Of a stretch of DNA of 64,000 nucleotides, positions 11,467-24,712 are shown one piece after another; within the stretch, counting starts at the first letter, position 1; each line of letters starts with the position of its first letter. The position numbers were made by a program, and so were the translations under genes. This DNA is from Gammaproteobacteria bacterium (lineage in GTDB: Bacteria; Pseudomonadota; Gammaproteobacteria; Eutrophobiales; Eutrophobiaceae): contig CBDCTH010000004.1 of the NCBI GenBank assembly GCA_965222155.1, forward strand, positions 544,001-608,000, written 5' to 3'. Below the pieces are notes generated by a model. The model did not search any database. It had not been told where the DNA came from and worked only from the letters and a program-made list of their open reading frames with translations.

Positions 11467-11538
11467 GATTGCCGTCGCGGGCTGGCAGGTTCAAGTGCAT
11501 CGTGGTGGATACGTGTCTGAATAACAGGAGGAATAAGA

Positions 11539-12054
11539 ATCGTAATTAAAAAACAGAATCGTGTGAATGAAGGAATTACCGCTGCAGAGGTCAGGTTGAT
11601 TGGCGCGCAGGGTGGACAAGTCGGCGTCGTGAACCTGGATGAAGCTTTGAAACAGGCCGATGATGCTGAACTCGACCTGGTCGAGATCGTTCCCAATGCA
11701 GAACCTCCCGTCTGCAGGATCATGGACTTCGGTAAGTTCCTGTTTGAGCAAAACAAGAAAAAGCATGCCGCGAGGAAGAAACAAAAGCAGATTCAGGTTA
11801 AGGAAGTGAAGTTCAGGCCCGGTACCGATGACGGCGATTACCAGGTAAAACTGAGGAACATTTCCCGGTTTTTAGAGAACGGCGACAAGGTAAAAGTTAC
11901 CTTGCGCTTTCGTGGCCGTGAGATGGCTCACCAGGAGTTGGGCAGCAAAATGCTGGATCGGATAGAAGCTGATATGCAGGAGAGCGCGGAAGTGGAGCAG
12001 AAAGCTAAACTGGAAGGCCGTCAAATGATTATTATACTGGCCCCCAAACGCTGA
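11539..12054 (+). CDS. infC: Translation initiation factor IF-3 (non-AUG start, probably ATC)
   Basis: [27 protein letters not shown]; in-frame ATC at 11539 lies 7 nt after GGAGG (in-frame ATT at 11545 is the alternative). Confidence 0.95.
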   Translation: MVIKKQNRVNEGITAAEVRLIGAQGGQVGVVNLDEALKQADDAELDLVEIVPNAEPPVCRIMDFGKFLFEQNKKKHAARKKQKQIQVKEVKFRPGTDDGDYQVKLRNISRFLENGDKVKVTLRFRGREMAHQELGSKMLDRIEADMQESAEVEQKAKLEGRQMIIILAPKR

Positions 12055-12136
12055 GATATTTTCAGCCCTGCGTCCGCAGTTCGGGCCAGTTGTAGAGTAA
12101 ACAGAATAATTGAAGAGTTAGTGGAGTTGGATTGTA

Positions 12137-12334
12137 ATGCCGAAATTGAAAACAAATCGTGGCGCGGCGAAGCGCTTCAGCAAGACTGCGTCGGGCCGGT
12201 TTAAACATCGGCAGTCCCACCGTAGCCATATTCTGACCAAAAAAAGTGCTAAACGGATCAGAAAATTGCGTTCAATGCAGTTGATTGACAAGAGTGATGA
12301 GAAATCACTGGCACAGTTGCTGCCGTATAGTTGA
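12137..12334 (+). CDS. rpmI: 50S ribosomal protein L35
   Basis: [14 protein letters not shown]...HILTKK; follows infC. Confidence 0.98.
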   Translation: MPKLKTNRGAAKRFSKTASGRFKHRQSHRSHILTKKSAKRIRKLRSMQLIDKSDEKSLAQLLPYS

Positions 12335-12346
12335 GGAATTTTAGTT

Positions 12347-12700
12347 ATGCCGAGAGTAAAGCGGGGCGTTACCGCACACGCCCGACACAAAAAGGTTATT
12401 GAACAGGCCAAGGGCTACCGGGGTCGTCGGAAAAATGTATACAGGGTGGCCAAACAGGCAGTTACAAAAGCCGGCCAATACGCTTACCGGGATCGGCGTC
12501 AGCGTAAACGGCAGTTCCGCGCGCTCTGGATCACCCGTATCAATGCGGCGGCAAGGGAGAATGGCTTGTCCTACAGCCGTTTTATGGACGGGTTGCACAA
12601 GGCAGATATTCAGGTTGATCGGAAACTGCTGGCAGATATGGCGGTAAATGATAAAAACGCGTTTGCTCAATTGGCGGAACAGGCCAGACAGAACAGCTGA
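12347..12700 (+). CDS. rplT: 50S ribosomal protein L20
   Basis: [16 protein letters not shown]...[12 protein letters not shown]. Confidence 0.98.
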   Translation: MPRVKRGVTAHARHKKVIEQAKGYRGRRKNVYRVAKQAVTKAGQYAYRDRRQRKRQFRALWITRINAAARENGLSYSRFMDGLHKADIQVDRKLLADMAVNDKNAFAQLAEQARQNS

Positions 12701-12718
12701 ATTGGAAAAGGGCTTTGA

Positions 12719-13735
<1,017 letters not shown>

Positions 13736-13743
13736 TAAATATG

Positions 13744-13915
13744 AGCCACAGAGGACTCAGAGGTAGTGGAGACAGGTTTGCATGAGCTTTTCAAGACCCG
13801 CTGTAAATACGTCCCTGTACGCTTACCATCCGCTGTCCCTGCGGATGATAGTCTTAAAAAGCTCATGCAAACCTGTCGGAGATATTATGGTGCAAACTCT
13901 GTGTCCTCTGTGGCT
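13744..13915. repeat. Family A element (AGCCACAGAG...CTCTGTGGCT) with a nested 107-bp palindrome
   Basis: Arms AGCCACAGAGGACTCAGAG / CTCTGTGTCCTCTGTGGCT; inner IR GACAGGTTTGCATGAGCTTTT...AAAAGCTCATGCAAACCTGTC at 13771-13877. Confidence 0.85.
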
Positions 13916-13927
13916 AAATAGTCAAAT

Positions 13928-16360
13928 ATGAAATTCAGTGAACTATGGCTGCGCGAATGGGTTGACCCGCCGGTTTCGACCGAGACCCTGGCGGATCAAC
14001 TCACCATGTTGGGTATGGAGGTGGAGGACGTGGCTGCTGCGGCGCCGAAACTGGACGGTGTGGTGGCGGGTCGGGTGGAGTCTGTTGAAAAACATCCTGA
14101 TGCGGCCAAACTTTCTGTTTGTACGGTAACAAAGGACGCAGCTTCACCGGTTCTCGTAGTGACAGGGGCGCCTGGGGTAAAACCGGGGCGATGTTACCCT
14201 TATGCAGGTGTCGGGGTTATATTGCCCGGCTCCGTGGAAATAAAGGAGACGGATATCCGGGGGGTCACATCCATCGGCATGCTCTGCTCTGCGGCTGAAC
14301 TGGGTCTGTCGGAGGAGGCCGATGAGTTGTTTCTGCTGGCGGATGATAGCATGCCCGGCGCTACGTTATCCGGGTTGATGCAGCTTGATGATAAGGTGTT
14401 TGACATCGGTCTGACGCCCAATCGCGGTGATTGCCTGAGTATTAACGGCATAGCCCGGGAAATTGCGGTCATTAATCAAAAGCCCTTTGAGTCCCCTGTC
14501 AACACCTCTCCGGTAGCTGCCGGCCATGACCATTCCCGCAGCATAAACCTGGTAGCGCCGGACGGCTGTCCACGCTACGCAGGTCGGATTATCAACAATA
14601 TCGATATTTCACGCCCCAGCCCGTTGTGGTTGAGGGAGAAGTTGCGCCGTTGCGGATTGCGCAGCCTGAACCCGGTCGTTGATATCACCAACTACGTGAT
14701 GTTGGAATTGGGGCAACCCATGCATGCCTTTGACAATGATAAGTTAACTGGCGCCATCTCAGTGCGCTATGCTGCTGCCGGAGAGGAAATTACCCTGCTG
14801 GATGGAGAATCCCGGGTAATGCCGGCAGATACCCTGGTGATTGCCGATACTGAACGAGCGCTGGCTATGGCCGGTGTGATGGGCGGTCTGGAGTCAGCGG
14901 TCAGTGACAGTACCCGGCATGTTTTCCTGGAAAGCGCTTTTTTTACTCCGCTTGTCGTAGCCGGCCGGGCTCGACAGTTCGGTATGCATACGGATGCATC
15001 CCATCGTTTTGAACGCGGGGTGGATTTTATGTTGCAACGCCGGGCGATGGAACGCGCCACACAGTTGATTATGGAGATTTGCGGAGGAGAACCGGGGCCG
15101 GTGGCTGAAGCGGTGGTGGAGCAGGCATTGCCGAAAAGGCCGAATATCGGCCTGCGTTCGACCGCAGCAAAAGATTTACTGGGTGAAGCCATAGACATGA
15201 AGCAATGCGCCGGGATTTTAACCCGTCTTGGCCTGGAGGAGATAGCGAGCGACGCTGATAGTCGTCATTTCAATATACCGTCCCACCGGTTCGATATTTC
15301 AATTGAGGCGGACTTGATTGAAGAGATAGCCCGCATCCATGGTTACCGGAACATAAAAAGCGCGCTGCTGCCGGCAAACCTGGCGATGCGCAAACCCGAT
15401 TTCCGGGAACGCCTTGATCTTATGCGCCGGGTGCTGGTCAACCGTGGCTACCAGGAAGCAGTCACTTATAGTTTCGTCAGCCATACTCTGCAAGCCATGT
15501 TGTTCCCCGAAGTTGAAAGTGTTGCCCTGCTCAATGCCATCTCCAGCGCTATGGAGCGAATGCGTCTCAGCCTGTGGCCGGGCTTGCTGACGGCATTGCA
15601 GCATAATCTTAATCGCCGGCAAGAGCGCGTGCGCCTGTTTGAAACCGGCAAGGTTTTCAAGTGTAATGGTGAAATTCAACAGCTGCCGGTTATCGGCGGA
15701 CTGAGTTGTGGAAAAGTGGCGCCGGAGCAATGGGGCAACCGCTACGAAAGTGGTGATTTCTACGATATTAAGTCCGATGTGGAAGCCGTTTTAACGGCCT
15801 GTTGCGGTCCGATTTCAGTGGAATATCGACCTGTTTCCGGCGCTGCACTGCATCAAGGCAAAGCGGCGGAGATCATTTATGATGGTCGACGAATTGGTCT
15901 GGCCGGAGCGCTCCACCCAGGGATACAGTCAGGTCTTGAGATCGAAGACGAGGTTTACCTGTTTGAGATCAGTTTAGAGATGATTCCCGAAAGGAAACAG
16001 GCGAAGTATTCGGAAATTTCCAAATTTCCCCAGGTGAGACGGGATATGTCCATTATTGTAGATAAGGAAACCCCGGCAGTAATCTTTTTAAATCATGTAA
16101 AAAACATGTCTTTGAATTTACCTGGCACTCATCTCTCTCCGGAAGAATTAGAGGCGTTGGGAGATTCGAATTTACTCAGAAACCTGGAGTTACTTGACGT
16201 TTACCAAGGGGAACCCGTCGCTCCCGGGAAAAAAAGTGTAACATTGGGCTTGACGTTTCAACGAATATCAGACACTCTTACAGATAATCAGGTAGATAAC
16301 ATGGTGACTCAGATACTGGATTCACTTTGTGAGGAATTTGATGTGCGGTTGAGAGAATAA
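13928..16360 (+). CDS. pheT: Phenylalanine--tRNA ligase beta subunit
   Basis: [43 protein letters not shown]. Confidence 0.98.
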   Translation: MKFSELWLREWVDPPVSTETLADQLTMLGMEVEDVAAAAPKLDGVVAGRVESVEKHPDAAKLSVCTVTKDAASPVLVVTGAPGVKPGRCYPYAGVGVILPGSVEIKETDIRGVTSIGMLCSAAELGLSEEADELFLLADDSMPGATLSGLMQLDDKVFDIGLTPNRGDCLSINGIAREIAVINQKPFESPVNTSPVAAGHDHSRSINLVAPDGCPRYAGRIINNIDISRPSPLWLREKLRRCGLRSLNPVVDITNYVMLELGQPMHAFDNDKLTGAISVRYAAAGEEITLLDGESRVMPADTLVIADTERALAMAGVMGGLESAVSDSTRHVFLESAFFTPLVVAGRARQFGMHTDASHRFERGVDFMLQRRAMERATQLIMEICGGEPGPVAEAVVEQALPKRPNIGLRSTAAKDLLGEAIDMKQCAGILTRLGLEEIASDADSRHFNIPSHRFDISIEADLIEEIARIHGYRNIKSALLPANLAMRKPDFRERLDLMRRVLVNRGYQEAVTYSFVSHTLQAMLFPEVESVALLNAISSAMERMRLSLWPGLLTALQHNLNRRQERVRLFETGKVFKCNGEIQQLPVIGGLSCGKVAPEQWGNRYESGDFYDIKSDVEAVLTACCGPISVEYRPVSGAALHQGKAAEIIYDGRRIGLAGALHPGIQSGLEIEDEVYLFEISLEMIPERKQAKYSEISKFPQVRRDMSIIVDKETPAVIFLNHVKNMSLNLPGTHLSPEELEALGDSNLLRNLELLDVYQGEPVAPGKKSVTLGLTFQRISDTLTDNQVDNMVTQILDSLCEEFDVRLRE

Positions 16361-16361
16361 G

Positions 16362-16667
16362 ATGGCATCACTGACAAAAGCAGATATGGCCGAGAGGCTT
16401 CATCAACAGGATGGCCTGAACAAGCGGGAAGCCAAAGAAATAGTGGAAATGTTCTTTGAGGAGGTACGTTCAGCACTGGAAGCAGGAAATCAGGTCAAAC
16501 TCTCAGGCTTTGGTAACTTTGAACTGCGGAATAAAAAACAGAGGCCGGGGCGCAACCCTAAAACCGGGGAAGAAATTCCCATCAGTGCTCGCCGGGTTGT
16601 AACGTTTCGCCCTGGACAAAAACTAAAAGCGCGTGTAGAGGCCTATGCTGGAACCGGCACTGAATAG
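16362..16667 (+). CDS. ihfA: Integration host factor alpha subunit
   Basis: [31 protein letters not shown]; follows pheT. Confidence 0.97.
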   Translation: MASLTKADMAERLHQQDGLNKREAKEIVEMFFEEVRSALEAGNQVKLSGFGNFELRNKKQRPGRNPKTGEEIPISARRVVTFRPGQKLKARVEAYAGTGTE

Positions 16668-17001
16668 CGAATTACCCCAGATTCCGAGTAAACGATACTT
16701 TACCATTGGGGAAGTCAGCGAGTTATGTGCGGTTAAGTCCCATGTATTACGCTACTGGGAACAGGAATTTCCTCAACTGAAACCCCTGAAGCGGCGTGGC
16801 AACAGACGTTATTATCAGCGCCAGGACGTTATATTGATCAGGCAGATCAGAAGTCTGCTTTATGAGCACGGGTTTACTATCGGCGGCGCGCGGCAACGTC
16901 TTTCAGGCGATGAAGCCAAGGAAGATTCCAACCAGAGCCAGCAGATTATCCGCCAGTTGTGTGCTGAACTGGAAAAAGTCAGGGAGTTGTTACGGCGTTA
17001 A
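16645..17001 (+). CDS. MerR-family transcriptional regulator
   Basis: [13 protein letters not shown]...[10 protein letters not shown]; conserved ihfA-MerR-tRNA-Pro synteny. Confidence 0.93.
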   Translation: MLEPALNSELPQIPSKRYFTIGEVSELCAVKSHVLRYWEQEFPQLKPLKRRGNRRYYQRQDVILIRQIRSLLYEHGFTIGGARQRLSGDEAKEDSNQSQQIIRQLCAELEKVRELLRR

Positions 17002-17242
17002 CCCGGATTTCTCACCAGTTGGTGCGATGATCGCGCCGGATTTTTGCCGCCAGCGGGTGCCTGCGACCGAAAGCATAGCCGTAGCTATGGTTGAGGGAGC
17101 ATGTGCCCGCTGGCGGCAAAAAGACAAGCGAGGGCGCATCAAGCGCAGTCTGTGATGACGAAATACTGCAAGTATTATCATAACTTATTGATAGCAGAAA
17201 GTATCCGATGGAAACAAGCGAACTGGTGAGAAATCCGGGTTG
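16999..17242 (+). mobile_element. Family B structured MITE-like element, copy 1
   Basis: Terminal IR AACCCGGATTTCTCACCAGTT / AACTGGTGAGAAATCCGGGTT; inner stems; homologous to 43961, 49530, 51921. Confidence 0.85.
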
Positions 17243-17381
17243 ATTCCAATCGCTGTATCGTTTCACGTCATGTCGGCAAACGTCGGCATTCTGTCACAGC
17301 TTATTCCTCGTCTGGCGTCTGCTTACGACATGAAGAGACGAACTCAGGACTATGGTAATCCGGGGGGAGTGTCTGAAAGAT

Positions 17382-17564
17382 TTAAGGAAACTCTGAACAA
17401 GTCCATTCCCGTATCAAGTACGGGACAGGCTCTGGACTTGTCAGAGCACGGAAAACAAAAATGCGATTTTTGTTTTCCTGACAAATTCAATGACTTTTTG
17501 TCATTGAATTTGGCGATACATCCCTGTATCGCAGGAACCTCTGACTTAATCAGAGGTTCCTTAA
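17382..17564. mobile_element. Family C MITE-like element with consecutive hairpins and TTAA flanks
   Basis: TTAA-GGAAACTCTGA ... TCAGAGGTTCC-TTAA; partial reverse-complement copy at 38618-38694. Confidence 0.7.
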
Positions 17565-17574
17565 ATAATACGGC

Positions 17575-17651
<77 letters not shown>

Positions 17652-17699
17652 ATTCACAGTTATACTTCGCTTTTCGGGAATTAAGAATACAAAATCAAG

Positions 17700-18236
17700 A
17701 TGCTGAAATCATCATTTCTCTTATTCATTTGCCTGGCCCTGTTAACCGCCGGGTGCGGTACGGAGAAGACCGCGCGCCAGGCATTTGAGGCTGGAGATTA
17801 CATAACCGCGTATAACCTGTTCAGGCCCAGAGCCGAGGCCGGCGATAGCGAGGCGCAAAATTACCTGGGCGTGCATTATTATCTGGGCCTGGGTGTAAAA
17901 CGGGATTGGCACCAGGCACTGCAATGGTATGATAAAGCGGCAAAACAGGGAGACCCCAAGGCTCAACTCAACTATGGCCTGATGTTCCATAACGCCTATG
18001 GTACGGACAAGGACATCGTTGCGGCTTTTATGTGGTATTACGCTTCCTACCGGCAGGGCAATGCGATTGCCGCGCGTTATATGAATTCTCTGGCGGCAGA
18101 TAACCTGCTGAGTCCGAACCAGATAAATTATGCCAAGCTCCAGGCAAAAAAATACATCACCAACCCCGTAGTTGCGGAGCAAGGCTCAGAAGGCAGATTG
18201 TTTCGCGGTCAGCAACAAACCGCGGTCAGCCCGTAA
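17700..18236 (+). CDS. Sel1-repeat lipoprotein
   Basis: Lipobox LTAG-C; two Sel1 repeats ([15 protein letters not shown]...WYDKAAKQG; AQLNYGLMF). Confidence 0.85.
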   Translation: MLKSSFLLFICLALLTAGCGTEKTARQAFEAGDYITAYNLFRPRAEAGDSEAQNYLGVHYYLGLGVKRDWHQALQWYDKAAKQGDPKAQLNYGLMFHNAYGTDKDIVAAFMWYYASYRQGNAIAARYMNSLAADNLLSPNQINYAKLQAKKYITNPVVAEQGSEGRLFRGQQQTAVSP

Positions 18237-20065
18237 TGTGTGGTATTGTCGGCGCGGTTGCGGAAAGGGATGTTACGCCTATTTTGCTGGAAGGGTTGCG
18301 GCGCCTGGAATATCGTGGATACGATTCCGCCGGCATTGTAGTTGTCGATAAAACTGCCGGTTTCAATCGCCTGAGGGTCCAGGGTAAGGTCAATGTACTT
18401 GCCCAATCCGTCGGCGCATCATCGCTGCACGGCAAAACCGGTCTTGCCCATACCCGCTGGGCCACCCATGGCCGTCCCAGCGTCAATAATGCCCACCCCC
18501 ATATCTGTAAAGATGAAATTGCCCTGGTGCATAATGGCATTATTGAGAATCATGAAGCGCTCCGGACAGAACAGGCAGGCGCCGGCTACACGTTCGCATC
18601 GGAAACGGATACGGAGGTTGTCGTCAATCAGATTCATTACCACCTGCAGGGCAACGGAGACCTGCTCTCAGCGGTAAAAAACACCGTGGCGCAAATTGAG
18701 GGCACCTACGCACTGGGTGTAATCGACAGAAACCGACCGGAACGACTGGTAGCCGCAAGACAAGGCAGCCCCCTGGTTATCGGTGTGGGTATCGGTGAGC
18801 ATTTTATTGCTTCCGACGTCTTTGCCCTGTTACCGGTAACGCGGAAGTTTATTATTCTGGAAGAAGGAGACCTTGCCGAGGTCTGCAGGGACCGAGTAAC
18901 TGTTTATGACCGGGACGGCAACCCGGTGCGGCGTCCACTGGTTACCTCGGAACTTTCTCCGGACAGCGCCGATAAAACCGGTTATCGCCATTATATGGCA
19001 AAGGAAATATTCAACCAGCCGGTCGCTGTCGCTGACACCCTGGAAGGCAGGATTGATAACGGCGGAATTATCGAGTCTGAATTTGGCATGGCAGCCGCCG
19101 GTCTTTTCGACCGTGTGGAAAACATTCATATTATCGCCTGTGGCAGCAGTTACCACGCGGGGCTGATCGCCAGGTACTGGCTGGAAGCAGAGGGCATTCA
19201 GTGCAGTGTCGATATCGCCAGCGAATACCGCTATCGCAGCAGCGTAGTCCCGGCAAATACCTTGTTTCTGACAATTTCCCAATCGGGCGAAACCCTGGAT
19301 GTTCTCGAGGCCCTGCGGCTGGCCGGAACCCGACCTTATCTGGCGAGACTTGCAATCTGTAATGTTCCGGAAAGTTCATTGACGCGTGAGGCGGATATGG
19401 TTTTCCTCACCCGCGCCGGGATAGAAATCGGCGTCGCATCAACCAAGACGTTTACCACGCAGTTGGTTGCCCTGGTTATGCTGACGACCGTACTGGCGCG
19501 TCGGCGCGGATTGGATAAAGAGAAGGAATTGCGACTGGTCAACCAGTTGGAAAGATTGCCCGGCCAGATTAACCATGTACTTGAATTGGATGGGCGCCTG
19601 GAAAAACTGGCTGAGGAGTTCATCCACAAACAGCACACCTTGTTTCTGGGCAGGGGAATGATGCTGCCGGTTGCCATGGAGGGCGCGCTAAAACTGAAGG
19701 AAATTTCCTATATTCACGCAGAAGCCTACGCGGCAGGGGAATTGAAACACGGCCCCCTGGCGCTGATAGATGATGAAATGCCGGTCATTGCAGTTGCGCC
19801 GAACAACAGTTTACTTGGAAAATTAAACTCCAATTTACAGGAAGTCCGGGCCCGTGGCGCCAGGCTGTATGTATTTACAGACGCGGATATCGGTATGGAA
19901 ATGAGTTCCACCATTAAAGTCCTGCAGTTGTCGACAGTCGAAAACAGCATCGCACCGATTGTGTATACCGTGCCGTTGCAATTACTTTCCTACCACGTGG
20001 CAGTACTCAAGGGAGCTGATGTCGACCAGCCCAGGAACCTGGCCAAATCCGTAACGGTTGAATAA
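18236..20065 (+). CDS. glmS: Glutamine--fructose-6-phosphate aminotransferase
   Basis: MCGIVG, EYRGYDSAG, HTRWATHG, QPRNLAKSVTVE. Confidence 0.98.
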   Translation: MCGIVGAVAERDVTPILLEGLRRLEYRGYDSAGIVVVDKTAGFNRLRVQGKVNVLAQSVGASSLHGKTGLAHTRWATHGRPSVNNAHPHICKDEIALVHNGIIENHEALRTEQAGAGYTFASETDTEVVVNQIHYHLQGNGDLLSAVKNTVAQIEGTYALGVIDRNRPERLVAARQGSPLVIGVGIGEHFIASDVFALLPVTRKFIILEEGDLAEVCRDRVTVYDRDGNPVRRPLVTSELSPDSADKTGYRHYMAKEIFNQPVAVADTLEGRIDNGGIIESEFGMAAAGLFDRVENIHIIACGSSYHAGLIARYWLEAEGIQCSVDIASEYRYRSSVVPANTLFLTISQSGETLDVLEALRLAGTRPYLARLAICNVPESSLTREADMVFLTRAGIEIGVASTKTFTTQLVALVMLTTVLARRRGLDKEKELRLVNQLERLPGQINHVLELDGRLEKLAEEFIHKQHTLFLGRGMMLPVAMEGALKLKEISYIHAEAYAAGELKHGPLALIDDEMPVIAVAPNNSLLGKLNSNLQEVRARGARLYVFTDADIGMEMSSTIKVLQLSTVENSIAPIVYTVPLQLLSYHVAVLKGADVDQPRNLAKSVTVE

Positions 20066-20083
20066 TTGTATGCACAGGTTTTT

Positions 20084-20205
20084 TATTGCCACAGAGGACA
20101 CAAAGAAAAAATATCATGAAAACTGCTTCGGAAGAAATAACGAACACTGTGTTTCCCGGGATGTTGATTAAGCCCCCGGTTGACTCTGTGCCCTCTGTGG
20201 CAATA
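20084..20205. repeat. Family A element
   Basis: TATTGCCACAGAGGACACAAAG ... CTCTGTGCCCTCTGTGGCAATA between convergent genes. Confidence 0.85.
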
Positions 20206-20219
20206 CTAATCCATGTCAG

Positions 20220-20798
20220 TTATCGGATTAACGCCTGAACTTCCTGAGATAGCTGCTCGTCCGCGCCGCGTACCCATTCAAACAACACGGACTCTGCATC
20301 GCAGATGATAATCCCCGCCCTTCCCAGGCGTCGTAATGCAGTTTCATAGTTTTCCCTTTGCCGGGAACATACCGCATCCGCTACCACAAAAACCGTGTAG
20401 CCCCGGTTATGCAGGTCAAGCGCGGTTTGTAATACACAAACATGTGCTTCCATGCCGACCAGTATGGCCTGCTTCCTCCTTGTTGAGGTCAAATCAGCGG
20501 CAAAATTGTCGGCGCCCGTGCAGGAAAACGCGGTTTTTTCATACAGTTTTGCCGTCGGTGGTAACAACTTCCGGATTTCCAGTTCCATATTGCCCAGCCC
20601 ATCGGGAGATCGTTCCGTAGCAAAAACCGGGAGCGCCAGCTTAATGGCCGTATTAACCAGCAACCATGTATTTCTTTGCAGCCTCGCCAGTACCTTGGCC
20701 GGCATGACGGCGGTTAATTCCGTCTGTATGTCAATAATGACCAATACGGAATTTCCGGCGTCACAAAGTGATGTGTAGTTTTCATCGGTAGCTGTCAT
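20220..20798 (-). CDS. Isochorismatase-family cysteine hydrolase
   Basis: VLVIIDIQ, EKTAFSC, GMEAHVCVLQTALD, VVADAVCSR. Confidence 0.9.
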   Translation of the reverse strand: MTATDENYTSLCDAGNSVLVIIDIQTELTAVMPAKVLARLQRNTWLLVNTAIKLALPVFATERSPDGLGNMELEIRKLLPPTAKLYEKTAFSCTGADNFAADLTSTRRKQAILVGMEAHVCVLQTALDLHNRGYTVFVVADAVCSRQRENYETALRRLGRAGIIICDAESVLFEWVRGADEQLSQEVQALIR

Positions 20799-20823
20799 GA
20801 TCGTTATCCAGGCTGCTATCGTG

Positions 20824-22149
20824 TCAGTCCAGCCAACGGTTCACCTGGGACAGGTCGTCCACCGACAGGCTGCCCGAAGCCTGCTTCAGGCGTAAGCTAT
20901 CCAGCAGGTAATCATAACGGGCGCGGGCATAATCCCGTCTGGCCTGAGAGGTAGCCTGTTCCGCCGCGACGACATCCACCGCAGTGCGCGTCCCGACCTC
21001 AAAGCCGGCCTCAGTAGCTTCCAATGCAGTCTCACTGGAGATCACGGCCTGGTTCAAGGCATTGACCCGGCTTATTCCGGAAATAACACCCAGGTATGCC
21101 TGCCGCGTCATGCGTTGTGCGTTTCTGCGTGCCTGTTCCAGCCGTTCCAGTTCTGCGTTGAGACGTTCATGGGTTTCCCGTACTCGCGAACTTACGAACC
21201 CTCCCTGGAACAGCGGAACGTTGACCTGTACGCCTATTGAATTTATCGTATTTTCATAAGAACCAAAACGCCCTCCGGCACTGTCCAAACTATGCCGGGC
21301 AACCATATCTACGCTGGGAAGGTGGCCCGCGCGTTGCTTTTGCACTTCCCGGCGGGCGCTGTCCACGGCATGCTGTACAGCCAGCACATTCAGGTTTTGC
21401 TCCAGCGCAGCGCCGGTCCAGGTCTCGATTTCCTCAGGTTCCGGGCTTACCAGGGGCATGGTTTCTCCCAGCAATGCCAGGTCGGATAAATAGACGCCGG
21501 TGATCTCGCGCAATGCTTCCTGGGCATTATCAACATTGTTGCGCGCGGCTATTTCCGCGGCAAATGCCCGATCGTAGCCTGCCTGGGCTTCCTGTACGTC
21601 GGTAGTGGCGCTGAGTCCCACTTCAAAACGTTGTTTTGCCTGGTCCAGTTGCCGACTCAGGGATTTTTTTTCGGCTTCTGCAAATCCCAGGTTGTCATAA
21701 GCGGCCAATACCTCGAAATAAGCAGCGGTAGTGCGCACAATCAAATCCTGCCGGGCTGCGATCAATTCCGCGTCTGCCTGTTTTATCAGGTTATCCGCTT
21801 GCAGGTAGCCGATGATGCGGTCACCACTGAACAACGGTTGAGTCAGGTTCAGGCTGTAGCCGTGGCTGTCGTAGCTCACTTTGCCGGGCCTGTCTATGGG
21901 ATTGAACTCAGAGGTGATATCTTCTTCATTTTTAAAGGCGTTAGCGCTGAATGTAAGTGTTGGCAGGAGTTGTGCCAGAGCCTGGGGGCGTTGCTCCAGG
22001 ACCGCGCGTTGTGTTGCGGCCACCTGCCGGTATTGCGGGTCGCTATCCAGGGCATATGCGTAGATTTCGAGTAAATCTGCCGCGTAAGCGATGTCCATGC
22101 AGATAAACAGGAAAATGACATTCAGGAGTTTACGGCAGGCTACTCTCAT
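20824..22149 (-). CDS. tolC: TolC-family outer membrane channel
   Basis: Signal peptide AYA-ADLLEIY; RFEVGLSATTDV; GFEVGTRTAVDV. Confidence 0.92.
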   Translation of the reverse strand: MRVACRKLLNVIFLFICMDIAYAADLLEIYAYALDSDPQYRQVAATQRAVLEQRPQALAQLLPTLTFSANAFKNEEDITSEFNPIDRPGKVSYDSHGYSLNLTQPLFSGDRIIGYLQADNLIKQADAELIAARQDLIVRTTAAYFEVLAAYDNLGFAEAEKKSLSRQLDQAKQRFEVGLSATTDVQEAQAGYDRAFAAEIAARNNVDNAQEALREITGVYLSDLALLGETMPLVSPEPEEIETWTGAALEQNLNVLAVQHAVDSARREVQKQRAGHLPSVDMVARHSLDSAGGRFGSYENTINSIGVQVNVPLFQGGFVSSRVRETHERLNAELERLEQARRNAQRMTRQAYLGVISGISRVNALNQAVISSETALEATEAGFEVGTRTAVDVVAAEQATSQARRDYARARYDYLLDSLRLKQASGSLSVDDLSQVNRWLD

Positions 22150-22192
22150 GTTGTGTACTTTAGGGTTTCAGTTTGATAAGTGAGGGGATGTT

Positions 22193-24456
<2,264 letters not shown>

Positions 24457-24543
24457 GATAAGGGGATAGATTTGTTTTTATTTCAATAGATACTTGCAAA
24501 CAGGTAGGCAATTTATGTATAGGGTCAGCAAGCAGATGCAAGT

Positions 24544-24639
24544 CGTCATTCCGGCGCATGCCGGAATCCAGTGGATAAAGTCTCCTTTCATTATAATGAA
24601 TTTTCTAGTGACTGGATTCCGGCATGCGCCGGAATGACG
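24544..24639. repeat. REP-like inverted doublet
   Basis: 29-bp perfect IR CGTCATTCCGGCGCATGCCGGAATCCAGT / ACTGGATTCCGGCATGCGCCGGAATGACG; related units near 28549 and 28659. Confidence 0.85.
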
Positions 24640-24712
24640 GCAGTGCATTCACCGGCATGAGAACGGGTTTGCATTTCGTTGAGGTTTGCCGGAAGCTGTC
24701 CCAGTCCCTCCA

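Noticed and set aside
11464-11520. Stop-codon readthrough of thrS (in-frame DCRRG after TAA)
   Set aside because: ThrRS is already full length; resemblance to usual C-termini is too weak
17067-17100. Hammerhead ribozyme in the family B apical domain (GAAA present)
   Set aside because: No CUGANGA core or three-way junction; TTGAGGG does not fit
16862-17266. Small ORFs sharing peptides such as STIATAMLSV (also 43790-44101, 49529-49951)
   Set aside because: Translations of family B repeats; starts, stops and frames differ between copies
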